A program made the position numbers and the translations under genes. A DNA stretch of 64,000 nucleotides from an uncultured Pseudomonadales bacterium (GTDB lineage Bacteria > Patescibacteriota > Microgenomatia > UBA1400 > CAYNFZ01): NCBI GenBank assembly GCA_964398525.1, contig CAYNMS010000001.1, forward strand, positions 6,569 through 70,568. Direction: 5' to 3'. How positions within the stretch are numbered: position 1 is the first letter of the stretch; every line of letters starts with the position of its first letter. A model generated the notes under the pieces. The model was not told where the DNA came from. It worked only from the letters and a program-made list of their open reading frames with translations, and made no database searches. Positions 55,198 to 63,861 of this stretch are shown here, piece after piece.

Positions 55198-57156
55198 TCA
55201 ACGCTTGTTTGTCTTACTCACTCGTCTAGTGTTTTTAACCGCAACGCTTTTCCTTACCTTCTTGGCAGCCACTCTGGCTTTAGGTACTCCGACCAATTTT
55301 TCAAAATCCTCTCCATCAATCGTCTCTATTTTAACCAACTCCTCACTTACCCTATCCAGGATTTTCTTGTTTTTCTTCAGTATCGCCCTTGCCAATTCTT
55401 GTGCTTCTGACAGCAGCTTTTGCATTTCCTTATCTACCCTAGACTGAATCTCATCCGATATCTTGGTTGGTTCCATCACCGCCCGACCCCACTCTGTCGT
55501 CTCATACTGAGGCCCAAAATAAACCGGCCCCAGTCCACTCATTCCATAATCCACCACCATTGCTCTAGCTATCCTTGTGGCCCGACTTATATCACTCGAA
55601 GCCCCAGCTGTAAGTTCACCAAAAATCAGCTCCTCTGCTTCTCGACCTCCCATCATCACTGCCATCATTTCCATCAGTTCACTCTTAGTTTGCTGGTATT
55701 TATCCTGCTCTGGGGGCGTCATTGTAAAACCCAAAGCTTTACCTCTGGACACAATACTAATCCTGTGGACCGCATCCGCATGTGGACTAAAGTGAGCTAC
55801 CAGTGCATGTCCAGCCTCATGATAAGCCGTCATCTTTCTATCATGCTCGCTCTGAAGTCTCTTTTTGCTCGGTCCCAATTTCACCTTGGTTGCCGCTTCT
55901 TCCAAATCTTCCCAAGTTATTTCTTTACGTTCTTCTCTCGCGGTCAAGATTGCCGCCTCATTAAGCATGTTCTCCAGATCCGCTCCCGAAAAGCCCACCG
56001 TTCTTCTGGCAGCCCGATCCCAATCCATGTTTTTACTCACGGGTTTACCCAAACCATGGATTTTTAAGACTCTTTTTCTCTCGTCCAAATCAGGCAAATC
56101 TATCTGCACTCTCCTGTCAAATCTTCCCGGTCTAGTCAACGCCGGATCCAACAGATCTCCTCTGTTTGTCGCCGCCAACACCATCACGCTGTCATTTCTG
56201 GTAAACCCATCCATTTCCACCAAGATCTGATTCAAAGTTTGCTCTCTTTCGTCATGACCTCCAGCCGCTCCCAAACCCCTCATTCTTCCAATCGCATCAA
56301 TCTCATCGATAAAAATAATCGAAGGCGCGTTTTTCTTGGCCGTCTCAAATAAATCTCGGACTCTGCTGGCACCCACTCCCACCAACATTTCCATAAACTC
56401 ACTTCCAGCCATTGAGAAAAACGGCACTCCAGCTTCCCCTGCCACTGCCCGAGCTAATAAAGTTTTACCTGTTCCCGCAGGCCCAACCAACAACACGCCT
56501 TTTGGAGTACGCGCCCCCACTTTAGTGTATTTCTTGGGGTGTTTCAAAAAATCAACTACTTCTTCTAATTCTTTCTTAGCTTCATCCACTCCCCCCACAT
56601 CTTTAAAGGTCACATCCTGCTTGCCCTTGCTAAATAATTTTGCCTTACTTCTACCAAACCCCAAAATCCCGTCTTGTGCTCCTCTGGCTTGTCTTATCAA
56701 AAATAGGAAAAATACTCCCATCAACACCAAAGGCAGCAATGTTCCCAAAATATCCACCCACATCCTGCTCATCGATTGATCCGCTACCTCAAGCTCTACA
56801 TCGGCTACTTCCACTCCTGCGTTTTGCAGAATTTCCGTAAACGAACCCTGATCTTCAATCCTAGAATTAACTGGTTGTTCTTGATCCGCATAAAACACTC
56901 TTAGCGTTCTTCCTTCAATCAAAATTCGCTCCACCTTACCCGCTTTCACATCTGCTACTACCTCAGACAAAGGTACTTCCTCTCCGTTGCCCATTCCTCC
57001 AAAAAGCGACACAATAAACGGCACAAATAATAACAAAATCAGCAGCCACATCAACGCTCTGCGAAAATTAAACTTAAATTCCATCTCAATCTTTTTTAGA
57101 GGCTTTTTGCCTTTGGAGTCTGGTTTATCCTGCTTTTTTTCAGTTTTCTTCGCCAT
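55198..57156 (-). CDS. ftsH: ATP-dependent zinc metalloprotease FtsH
   Basis: Two TM helices, [15 protein letters not shown] and HEAGH. Confidence 0.98.
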   Translation of the reverse strand: MAKKTEKKQDKPDSKGKKPLKKIEMEFKFNFRRALMWLLILLLFVPFIVSLFGGMGNGEEVPLSEVVADVKAGKVERILIEGRTLRVFYADQEQPVNSRIEDQGSFTEILQNAGVEVADVELEVADQSMSRMWVDILGTLLPLVLMGVFFLFLIRQARGAQDGILGFGRSKAKLFSKGKQDVTFKDVGGVDEAKKELEEVVDFLKHPKKYTKVGARTPKGVLLVGPAGTGKTLLARAVAGEAGVPFFSMAGSEFMEMLVGVGASRVRDLFETAKKNAPSIIFIDEIDAIGRMRGLGAAGGHDEREQTLNQILVEMDGFTRNDSVMVLAATNRGDLLDPALTRPGRFDRRVQIDLPDLDERKRVLKIHGLGKPVSKNMDWDRAARRTVGFSGADLENMLNEAAILTAREERKEITWEDLEEAATKVKLGPSKKRLQSEHDRKMTAYHEAGHALVAHFSPHADAVHRISIVSRGKALGFTMTPPEQDKYQQTKSELMEMMAVMMGGREAEELIFGELTAGASSDISRATRIARAMVVDYGMSGLGPVYFGPQYETTEWGRAVMEPTKISDEIQSRVDKEMQKLLSEAQELARAILKKNKKILDRVSEELVKIETIDGEDFEKLVGVPKARVAAKKVRKSVAVKNTRRVSKTNKR

Positions 57157-57257
57157 AACGAGGGTATTCTAACCGATACTAACACTATTTACCAGGTCTA
57201 TTCTGGCACTCCTTCCCCCCAACTGCTTGCACCCAATTGTTCCTACTATCTAGTAGC

Positions 57258-57599
57258 TTATCTAACTATTGTACCCTTCGGCACCTCCCGACTAATCTCA
57301 ATTGGAATAGGCTTCTCTTGTGTGTCGCTCATCAACATCATTCCCTGACTCTCTTCTCCTCCCATTTTCTTGGGTTCCAGGTTCACCACAAACACACCCT
57401 TTTTGCCTACCATTTCCTCCGGCGAATAAACCCCTTTCACTCCGGCAAATATCACTCTTTCTCCCAACTCCTCACCTAAATCAACCGTTAGCTTTAATAA
57501 TTTACGGCTCCATTCCGGCTCTTCACACGCCACTACCTCCCCCACTCTCAACTCCAATTTCAAAAAATCTTCAAACTTAATCATGTCTTTCATCATCAA
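57258..57599 (-). CDS. tRNA-binding OB-fold protein (Trbp111/CsaA/MetRS C-terminal type)
   Basis: FEDFLKLELRVG…VNLEPKKMGGEESQGM. Confidence 0.9.
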   Translation of the reverse strand: MMMKDMIKFEDFLKLELRVGEVVACEEPEWSRKLLKLTVDLGEELGERVIFAGVKGVYSPEEMVGKKGVFVVNLEPKKMGGEESQGMMLMSDTQEKPIPIEISREVPKGTIVR

Positions 57600-57608
57600 C
57601 TCCTTTTA

Positions 57609-58622
57609 TTAACGATTTAACTTATTCCTCTCCCCAATCACCTCATAAACTTCTTTAAGTGTCTCGCCTGCCAACTTCCTCGCTCTATCTGCCCCCTCCG
57701 CCAAAATCTCCCTCACTCGATCCACGTCTTCCTCTAACTCTTTCCTTCTTTGTCTCATGGGTTCAAATAGTTTCTGGTGCGCTTCATATAACTTTTGCTT
57801 CACTTCCACATCCCCAACTTTCCCTTCTCTGTACCTTACCTTCAAGTCTTCCACCTCATTCTCCCGCTCATTCATCAAATCGTGGTAGATAAACACCGGA
57901 TTCCCTTCTACTCTACCGGGGTCAGTCGGGTGAATTCTGGCTGGATCTGTAAAACTGCCCATTATCTGTTTTCGCACCATTTCAGGTTCAACAAAAATCC
58001 CAATCGTATTCCCCAAACTCTTACTCATTTTCCGCTCCCCATCCGTTCCTACAATCTTCCCCGTTTCTTTGCTAATCATCGGCTCTGGCAACGAAAACAC
58101 TTGTGATTTATAAGTCCGGTTAAAGTTTTCTGCAATATCTCGGGCTAGTTCTATATGCTGCCTCTGGTCTTCACCCACCGGCACTCCATCTGGCTTGTAC
58201 GCCAAAATATCCGCTGCCATCAATATTGGGTAATTAAATAGCCCCATATTAATCGCATCTCGCCTCTCCCCCTTCTCCAATTTATCTTTAAACGCATGCA
58301 TCCGTTTCATCTGTCCATACGACACATAGTTAGCCAGTACCACCGCCAACTGAGACTGTTCCGGTACATCCGACTGCCTAAAAAACACACACTTTTCCGG
58401 ATCAAGCCCCAAGGCTAAATAATCTAAAACCACCCCCACAATGTTTTTCTCCAATTCATCTTTATTCTGAACCGTCGTCAATGCGTGCAAATCTGCTACA
58501 AAATAATAAGTCTCTTCGATACTGTCTTGTAGCTCAATATGAGGCTTCACCGCCCCAAAATAATTCCCAATATGCAACTCGCTCCCACTTGGTGTAATCC
58601 CTGCTAGTACTCTTTTAAACAT
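57609..58622 (-). CDS. trpS: Tryptophan--tRNA ligase
   Basis: HIGN, YPILMAADIL, VPVGEDQ and KMSKS. Confidence 0.97.
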   Translation of the reverse strand: MFKRVLAGITPSGSELHIGNYFGAVKPHIELQDSIEETYYFVADLHALTTVQNKDELEKNIVGVVLDYLALGLDPEKCVFFRQSDVPEQSQLAVVLANYVSYGQMKRMHAFKDKLEKGERRDAINMGLFNYPILMAADILAYKPDGVPVGEDQRQHIELARDIAENFNRTYKSQVFSLPEPMISKETGKIVGTDGERKMSKSLGNTIGIFVEPEMVRKQIMGSFTDPARIHPTDPGRVEGNPVFIYHDLMNERENEVEDLKVRYREGKVGDVEVKQKLYEAHQKLFEPMRQRRKELEEDVDRVREILAEGADRARKLAGETLKEVYEVIGERNKLNR

Positions 58623-58687
58623 GTTTTCCTTTTATTTCTGATTTTATATCATAACTTAATTTCATGTCCCAACTCATTCAATCAACC

Positions 58688-59881
58688 CTAAGTTCTATCC
58701 TTCAATAGATTTTCATATATATTCTCCACATCTTTATCCCCTCTACCGGACAAATTCACCACTACCACTTCATCATCCAGCCTCTTTACTAATTTCGACA
58801 CATAAGCTAAAGCATGTGCCGATTCCAACGCTGGAATAATACCTTCATTTCTTGATAATTGCACCACCGCAATTACCGCTTCCTTATCGTCAATCCCTTC
58901 CACCTCCAACCGGCCAATATCATAAAGGTACGACAATTCAGGACTCACTCCCGGATAATCTAAACCAGATGCTGCCGAATAGGATTCAGTCACTTCGCCA
59001 TTTTCATCTACCAAAACACGGCATCGAAATCCATGAATATCTCCAGGTTTTCCCTTCATTAACGACATTCCGTGTTTCTTTGTGCTCACTCCTCGTCCAG
59101 CCGGTTCAACGGCCACTAGTTTTACTTTTTCGTCTCGAATAAACGAGTAAAATAATCCCAGAGCATTCGATCCTCCTCCGACACAAGCCACGACATAATC
59201 CGGTAACTGACCCAATTTCTGCAGTAACTCAGTTTTTACCTCCTTGCCAATCACAGCTTGAAAATCTCTAACCATAAGAGGATACGGATCTGGTCCCACT
59301 GCCGATCCCAACATATAAAAACTATTCCCATCATTAACATATGCCTCCAAGGCTTCATCTATCGCGTCCTTTAACGTCCTCTGTCCTCGAGTCACGGTCT
59401 GCACACTTGCTCCCAGCAGTTTCATTCGATAAACATTCATTTTTTGATTTTTTACATCTCTTGCCCCCATATAAATGGTTGCTTTCATCCCGAACTTGGC
59501 CGCCACTGTCGCAACCGCCACCCCGTGTTGACCCGCTCCCGTTTCGGCAATTAATCGTTTTTTTCTCAAAAACTTAGCCACCAAAGCTTGTCCGACAGTG
59601 TTGTTTATCTTATGAGCTCCAGTATGATTTAGATCTTCTCGCTTTAAATACACCCTCGCTTTGCTATCTTTAGGGACTAAACTCGCTGCCTCATATAACA
59701 GGCTCGGCCTTCCAACAAATTCCCGATACAGTTTTTCCAATTCATTTTTGAACTTGTCATCATGTTTCAATCGAATGTATGTCTCTTTCAATTGACCTAA
59801 CTTTCTCTCCAAAATTGGCGGCACCAATCTTCCTCCATATTGACCAAATTTGCCATTTTCGTCTGGAAATGTATATCTCAT
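58688..59881 (-). CDS. trpB: Tryptophan synthase beta chain (TrpB1 type; no trpA in the window)
   Basis: KREDLNHTGAHKINN, AETGAGQHG, GGGSN, GLDYPG and NLSGRGDKD. Confidence 0.96.
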   Translation of the reverse strand: MRYTFPDENGKFGQYGGRLVPPILERKLGQLKETYIRLKHDDKFKNELEKLYREFVGRPSLLYEAASLVPKDSKARVYLKREDLNHTGAHKINNTVGQALVAKFLRKKRLIAETGAGQHGVAVATVAAKFGMKATIYMGARDVKNQKMNVYRMKLLGASVQTVTRGQRTLKDAIDEALEAYVNDGNSFYMLGSAVGPDPYPLMVRDFQAVIGKEVKTELLQKLGQLPDYVVACVGGGSNALGLFYSFIRDEKVKLVAVEPAGRGVSTKKHGMSLMKGKPGDIHGFRCRVLVDENGEVTESYSAASGLDYPGVSPELSYLYDIGRLEVEGIDDKEAVIAVVQLSRNEGIIPALESAHALAYVSKLVKRLDDEVVVVNLSGRGDKDVENIYENLLKDRT

Positions 59882-59920
59882 TTTTTTCCTTAATAACTTA
59901 TCAATAAAAATAAATGCCAT

Positions 59921-59943
59921 AAAAAAACCCGCCTTCGCGGGTT
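59921..59943 (-). terminator. Attenuator terminator upstream of trpB
   Basis: Minus strand AACCCGC-GAAG-GCGGGTT followed by a T-run. Confidence 0.85.
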
Positions 59944-59969
59944 AAGTTTATTTCAACAAAAAAGCCGAC

Positions 59970-60035
59970 TTAAACTTGTCCGCGCCATAAAAGATACATC
60001 TGCCACCAATCTCTGGATAAAAGCTTATTCAACAT
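59970..60035 (-). CDS. trpL: Trp leader peptide (21 aa)
   Basis: MLNKLLSRDWWQMYLLWRGQV*; tandem TGG TGG; ATG overlaps the trpR 3' end. Confidence 0.8.
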   Translation of the reverse strand: MLNKLLSRDWWQMYLLWRGQV

Positions 60036-60282
60036 TCTTAAACCTCCCTAGCTGCAATTCTCTTGACCCTCTTGTCACCGTCGCAACTCCAATTTCCAAG
60101 TCTTGAGCAATCTGTCTCTGTTTATCACCGAATTTAAGTCGCCTGACAATCTCCAATCTCTTTGAAACTTGTTCCAACTCACCAGGAGTCAATATTCCCG
60201 TCAAAAAACTCTCCATCTCCTCTCGAGTCTGAATTCTAAGCATGTGGCCTATCAACTGATTCAACAATTGTTTTGTTTTCAT
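60025..60282 (-). CDS. trpR: Trp repressor family protein
   Basis: LTPGE…R…QRQIAQDLEIGVATVTRGSREL. Confidence 0.9.
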   Translation of the reverse strand: MKTKQLLNQLIGHMLRIQTREEMESFLTGILTPGELEQVSKRLEIVRRLKFGDKQRQIAQDLEIGVATVTRGSRELQLGRFKNVE

Positions 60283-60323
60283 ATACTAGTACAGAAGTAT
60301 ACCATGTTCTCTTCAAAAATCAA
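60282..60323 (-). promoter_or_regulatory. trpR promoter overlapped by a TrpR-type operator
   Basis: Palindrome TATACT-AGTACAGA-AGTATA (60282-60301); TTGATT-16 nt-TATACT with extended TG. Confidence 0.7.
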
Positions 60324-60383
60324 TCCTGCCCAGTCACTGATATCTTGAACCAAACCCCTTTGCCTGATAAAATACCTCTTACG

Positions 60384-60456
60384 CGCGGGGTAGTGTACGG
60401 TAGCACGTGAGGCTCATAATCTCACAGACCAGGTTCAACTCCTGGCCCCGCAACCA
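60384..60456 (+). tRNA. Initiator tRNA-fMet(CAU), non-canonical anticodon stem
   Basis: CGCGGGG…CTCATAA…CCCCGCAACCA; C1xA72 mismatch; CCA encoded. Confidence 0.93.
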
Positions 60457-60464
60457 AGAAAAGA

Positions 60465-60488
60465 CCGACCTTCATAGTCGGTTTTTTT
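60465..60488 (+). terminator. Intrinsic terminator after tRNA-fMet
   Basis: ACCGAC-cttcata-GTCGGT followed by a T-run. Confidence 0.8.
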
Positions 60489-60599
60489 GCTTCTAAATCT
60501 ATCTCCTCGAATTTTTGCCTGCTTTAGCATCTGTTAAAATATCAACTACTAAAGCTCAAGTTGTGCTCATGTTGACTTGCCAAACAAAGCTTTAGTCAA

Positions 60600-60671
60600 G
60601 GCAGGGTAGCTCAATGGCGGAGCAGAGTCTTCATAAGGCTAAGGTTGTGGGTTCGAATCCCACCCCTGCTA
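60600..60671 (+). tRNA. Elongator tRNA with CAU anticodon (probably Met)
   Basis: GGCAGGGTAGCTCAATGGCGGAGCAGAGTCTTCATAAGGCTAAGGTTGTGGGTTCGAATCCCACCCCTGCTA. Confidence 0.9.
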
Positions 60672-60677
60672 CAGTCT

Positions 60678-61067
60678 TCACCAAAACAACTCCACCCACT
60701 GGACCCACACCGGTTTTTCTTCCTCCACCTCTGGCTTTTCTATTCCCTGGTCAGCCACCATCACCTTTTCAATCAGTTCATCCGGTATCACCACCACCGC
60801 CTCTCCAGGCTTAACCAATCCTAGTTCCTCACGAATATACACTTCATCCGCACCCGGACTCTCTACTTTCCTTTTCTCTTCCTCCAAAGCCTCTTTTTCC
60901 TCAATCAACTTCACCACTTCCGCCTCTTCTTTTTCCACTCTCCCACCTACACTCAACAATTCCACCAGGTTTCCTAGAAGCGAAATGGTGAACATCAACC
61001 AAATACCCACAATCATCATTGCCCCGATCTTCTTTCTTGTAGTAAAATTGTTTGCACTTAAACTCAT
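60678..61067 (-). CDS. Septum formation initiator (FtsB/DivIC family)
   Basis: TM helix, coiled coil and IREELGLVKPGE. Confidence 0.85.
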   Translation of the reverse strand: MSLSANNFTTRKKIGAMMIVGIWLMFTISLLGNLVELLSVGGRVEKEEAEVVKLIEEKEALEEEKRKVESPGADEVYIREELGLVKPGEAVVVIPDELIEKVMVADQGIEKPEVEEEKPVWVQWVELFW

Positions 61068-61164
61068 AATATGTTATTATAAGCCTATTCTTTTGGCCTG
61101 GTTCTTGCCCCCCGACCACTAAGTCCGGCTTTGCTGCCATCATTATTAACTAGACTTAATTGTA

Positions 61165-62046
61165 ATGGAAAACCCCGATTCCGCCACTTCTCTTTCTGCC
61201 ACTCACCAACAATTCATCAAAAATCTCCGTGACAAAGGCCGAGCCAATGCCACCATTCTTGCCTATGGCAAAGATATTGACCAGCTAATTGAATTCGCCG
61301 CTCTCCAAAAAATCACCGCCCCTCAAGCTATTACCCCCAACTTAATTGAACAATTCAAAGCCCACCTCGAAGCAGAAGGCTACACTCCTAAATCTATCTC
61401 CAGAAAAATCAACTCTATCAAGTCGTATTTTCGTTTTCTCCGTTCCCAAAAACTAATCCAAGACAATCCAGCCAACGACATCTCTCATCCCAAAGTCGAA
61501 CTTACCCCACCCAGAATTCTCACCAAACTCGAATACCGCGCCCTTCGCGATGCTTGTCGTCGTGACGAACGCGTCAGCGCCATTGTCGAACTCCTGCTCC
61601 AAACCGGTATTCGTATTAGTGAGTTGGCCGGCCTTAATCTGGAAGATGTCGACGCTACCAATAAAAAGATCCACATCCGCTCCGAAGCCGATCATGAAGC
61701 TCGTTCCATTCCTCTCAATCAGCCTGCAGCCAAAGCCCTAGAGGAATACCTAAAGTATCGACCCAAAACCAATGCCAAAACCCTCTTTGTTACCAAAACC
61801 GGCCGACCATTCCTTATCAGAAACATTCGTGCTGCCATTGATCGCTACTTCCGTCTTGCCGGCATCACCAATGCCAAAGTCAACGACTTAAGACACACCT
61901 TCATCGCCGAGCAATTAGCCGCCGGCACCCCCCTAGTCTATGTCAGCAAACTTGTCGGCCACAAACGCCTGACCACTACCGAAAAATATCTCAAATTCCT
62001 CGATAACCGCATGGAGAAAAACGAAGTTCGCCTCCAGGAACTCTAA
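61165..62046 (+). CDS. XerC/XerD-like tyrosine recombinase
   Basis: SAM-like N-terminal domain, TGIRISEL, LRHTF and LVGH…TTEKY. Confidence 0.92.
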   Translation: MENPDSATSLSATHQQFIKNLRDKGRANATILAYGKDIDQLIEFAALQKITAPQAITPNLIEQFKAHLEAEGYTPKSISRKINSIKSYFRFLRSQKLIQDNPANDISHPKVELTPPRILTKLEYRALRDACRRDERVSAIVELLLQTGIRISELAGLNLEDVDATNKKIHIRSEADHEARSIPLNQPAAKALEEYLKYRPKTNAKTLFVTKTGRPFLIRNIRAAIDRYFRLAGITNAKVNDLRHTFIAEQLAAGTPLVYVSKLVGHKRLTTTEKYLKFLDNRMEKNEVRLQEL

Positions 62047-62432
62047 TGCCCGAACTCCCATTTGAGTCTGGGGGTCGAATTTGCCCCTTCACTTCTCACG
62101 ATCCAGACGGCAATCCTGACTTTTGTCGCAGAAAAAGCTGTCTCTTAAACAATATTCCCGACTGTGTTTTAGAAAGTTTAAAAATATCTGCCGAAGCCTA
62201 CTCAATTGATCAATTAGAAAATGAAGAAGAACAAGCTTCTCGAACATCTGATGTTCCCCCATTTCTCATCTCCCTCAGATTAGGAAGAGAACTTTTTGAG
62301 ATTCAACAAGAAATCGACAATACCACTAGACAACTAAGAATTAATCGTGATCAGTTTATCTCAAGCCTTCCTCAACAGCTTAGACCTCTCACCTATTCAC
62401 ACCCCAAATCATCAGAAGAAAGAACAGCTTAG
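62046..62432 (+). CDS. Hypothetical protein with an N-terminal Cys cluster
   Basis: CPF…C…C…C; TAATG coupling to the recombinase stop. Confidence 0.55.
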   Translation: MPELPFESGGRICPFTSHDPDGNPDFCRRKSCLLNNIPDCVLESLKISAEAYSIDQLENEEEQASRTSDVPPFLISLRLGRELFEIQQEIDNTTRQLRINRDQFISSLPQQLRPLTYSHPKSSEERTA

Positions 62433-62680
62433 TGTGCCGATTTCTTCTTCCTTAGTTTCACTCCTTCAAACACCTGCTCTTCCCCAGTTTCTTCATCTAC
62501 AATCTTGATAGTATAAGTTCTTCCCTCATCCTTTTCCTCTAACTTGTCTTGGCTATAAAAAAACTCATCCCAAAACGCCGCCTCGTAATCATCGTCTTGA
62601 AACATTTCACTCGTGTCTTCATCAAAATCAAAGTCATCTGAAAATTTCTTACTCATATTCCTCCTTGAGTATTTCCCCAA
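62429..62680 (-). CDS. Small acidic hypothetical protein
   Basis: 83-aa ORF; true start may be the MSKKF ATG after AAGGAGG. Confidence 0.6.
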   Translation of the reverse strand: MGKYSRRNMSKKFSDDFDFDEDTSEMFQDDDYEAAFWDEFFYSQDKLEEKDEGRTYTIKIVDEETGEEQVFEGVKLRKKKSAH

Positions 62681-62778
62681 AAGCAGATGCTATAATAACA
62701 CCTCCCTCGAGTAAATACTACTACCACAGACTATAGCTCTTTTTCCCTTTTGTTCCCAGTACGCTAAAATACCCATAC

Positions 62779-62994
62779 GGGAGTGTAGCTCAGTGGTAGA
62801 ACCTTAAATAATTCCGCGAGTACTTGCGCGAGTAGCTCAATTGGCAGAGCTGTCGTCTTATACACGACTGGTTCCAGGTTCAAGTCCTGGCTCGCGCACC
62901 TTTTAAAACGTCTTTTTCTCGCCTGGACCATCCAGGCAGAACAAGCCTAGCTTTTACACGTCCGGCCGGAGGTTCGAATCCTCCCGCTCCCACC
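62779..62994 (+). ncRNA. Interrupted tRNA-like gene whose two halves enclose tRNA-Ile(UAU)
   Basis: 5' half GGGAGTG-TA-GCTC-AGTGGTA-GAAC (62779-62802); 3' half GGAGG-TTCGAAT-CCTCC-CGCTCCC-A-CC (62968-62994); acceptor strands pair 7/7 including one G-U. Confidence 0.75.
62826..62898 (+). tRNA. tRNA-Ile(UAU)
   Basis: GCGCGAG TA GCTC AATTGGCA GAGC T GTCGT CTTATAC ACGAC TGGTT CCAGG TTCAAGT CCTGG CTCGCGC A; fully paired cloverleaf. Confidence 0.93.
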
Positions 62995-63078
62995 TCTCTA
63001 AACTAGATAGTTAGTCTCAATCAAGTAATTAATTTGCTTTGTCTATCTCCTGTCACTAGACTGAAATATTCCCGATTG

Positions 63079-63861
63079 ATGAAAGAAACAATTGACTCCG
63101 TCACTCCTGATGATGCCATAGCCGATGCCTTAATATTTGGATATGCTGGTCTAATTCTTAAACAAGCTCATCATTTTCAAGAATCTCAACAAATCTCTTT
63201 GTCAACTATTGCAGCAGAATGTACAGTCCACGAGTGCGTTCCTGCATCAGCCAGAGCACTTGCTTATTTATTCACTCGACACTCCTCACTTTTCAAACGC
63301 TACTTTCTTCTTCATTCAGTTAATGCATTAAAAGGAACTCAACATCTCTGTTACAGCCTTGATCATCTTAAACATCAACTCCAAACCCAGCCACGCTCTC
63401 ACCCCCTAGTTTCCTATCCTGCCTATCAATATCCTGACTCCAACCAACACATGCTCTTTGTAGTCCTTGACAATAACAACCATTTTCATTGGGGATCTCC
63501 TGCCAATTCAGAAGTCAACGATCATCATACGCAACTATCCAAAATAATAACTTCACACAATGCTCCTGACATACCAACTTTAATTACTCAAGTTACCTCA
63601 TACGAAGGTGGTCTTTGACCATCAGCCAGTTATCTTGAGTATCTTTTTACAAACCAACTTATCCCCACCCATCCATTTTTTAGTAACGATAAGCCAGGTT
63701 GGGAAATTACCAAATCCACTCACACTTCACTTCAAGATTACAATCAATATTACCATCATTTTGGCATCTGCCCTCCCATGATTGTCCACTTAACAACTCC
63801 TGACTCCAATCAAGCCTTCGTTTCCCACACTCGATTAACCTTCAACTTCTCTGCTGCATAG
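63079..63861 (+). pseudogene. Hypothetical protein interrupted by a single in-frame TGA (63616-63618)
   Basis: The frame stays open for 80 more codons after …YEGGL-TGA-PSASYLE… to TAG 63859-63861. Confidence 0.65.

Noticed and set aside
60614-60814. 66-aa ORF
   Set aside because: Overlaps tRNA-Met and the antisense strand of the FtsB-like gene.
62779-62994. tmRNA interpretation of the outer tRNA-like element
   Set aside because: No G3:U70 pair, a normal tRNA D arm is present, and the only tag-like frame (GCA GAA CAA GCC TAG) is four codons long.
63616-63618. Genome-wide UGA recoding (code 4 or 25)
   Set aside because: TGA terminates conserved genes at their expected ends (e.g. eno, thpR), and no other in-frame TGA was seen in conserved genes.
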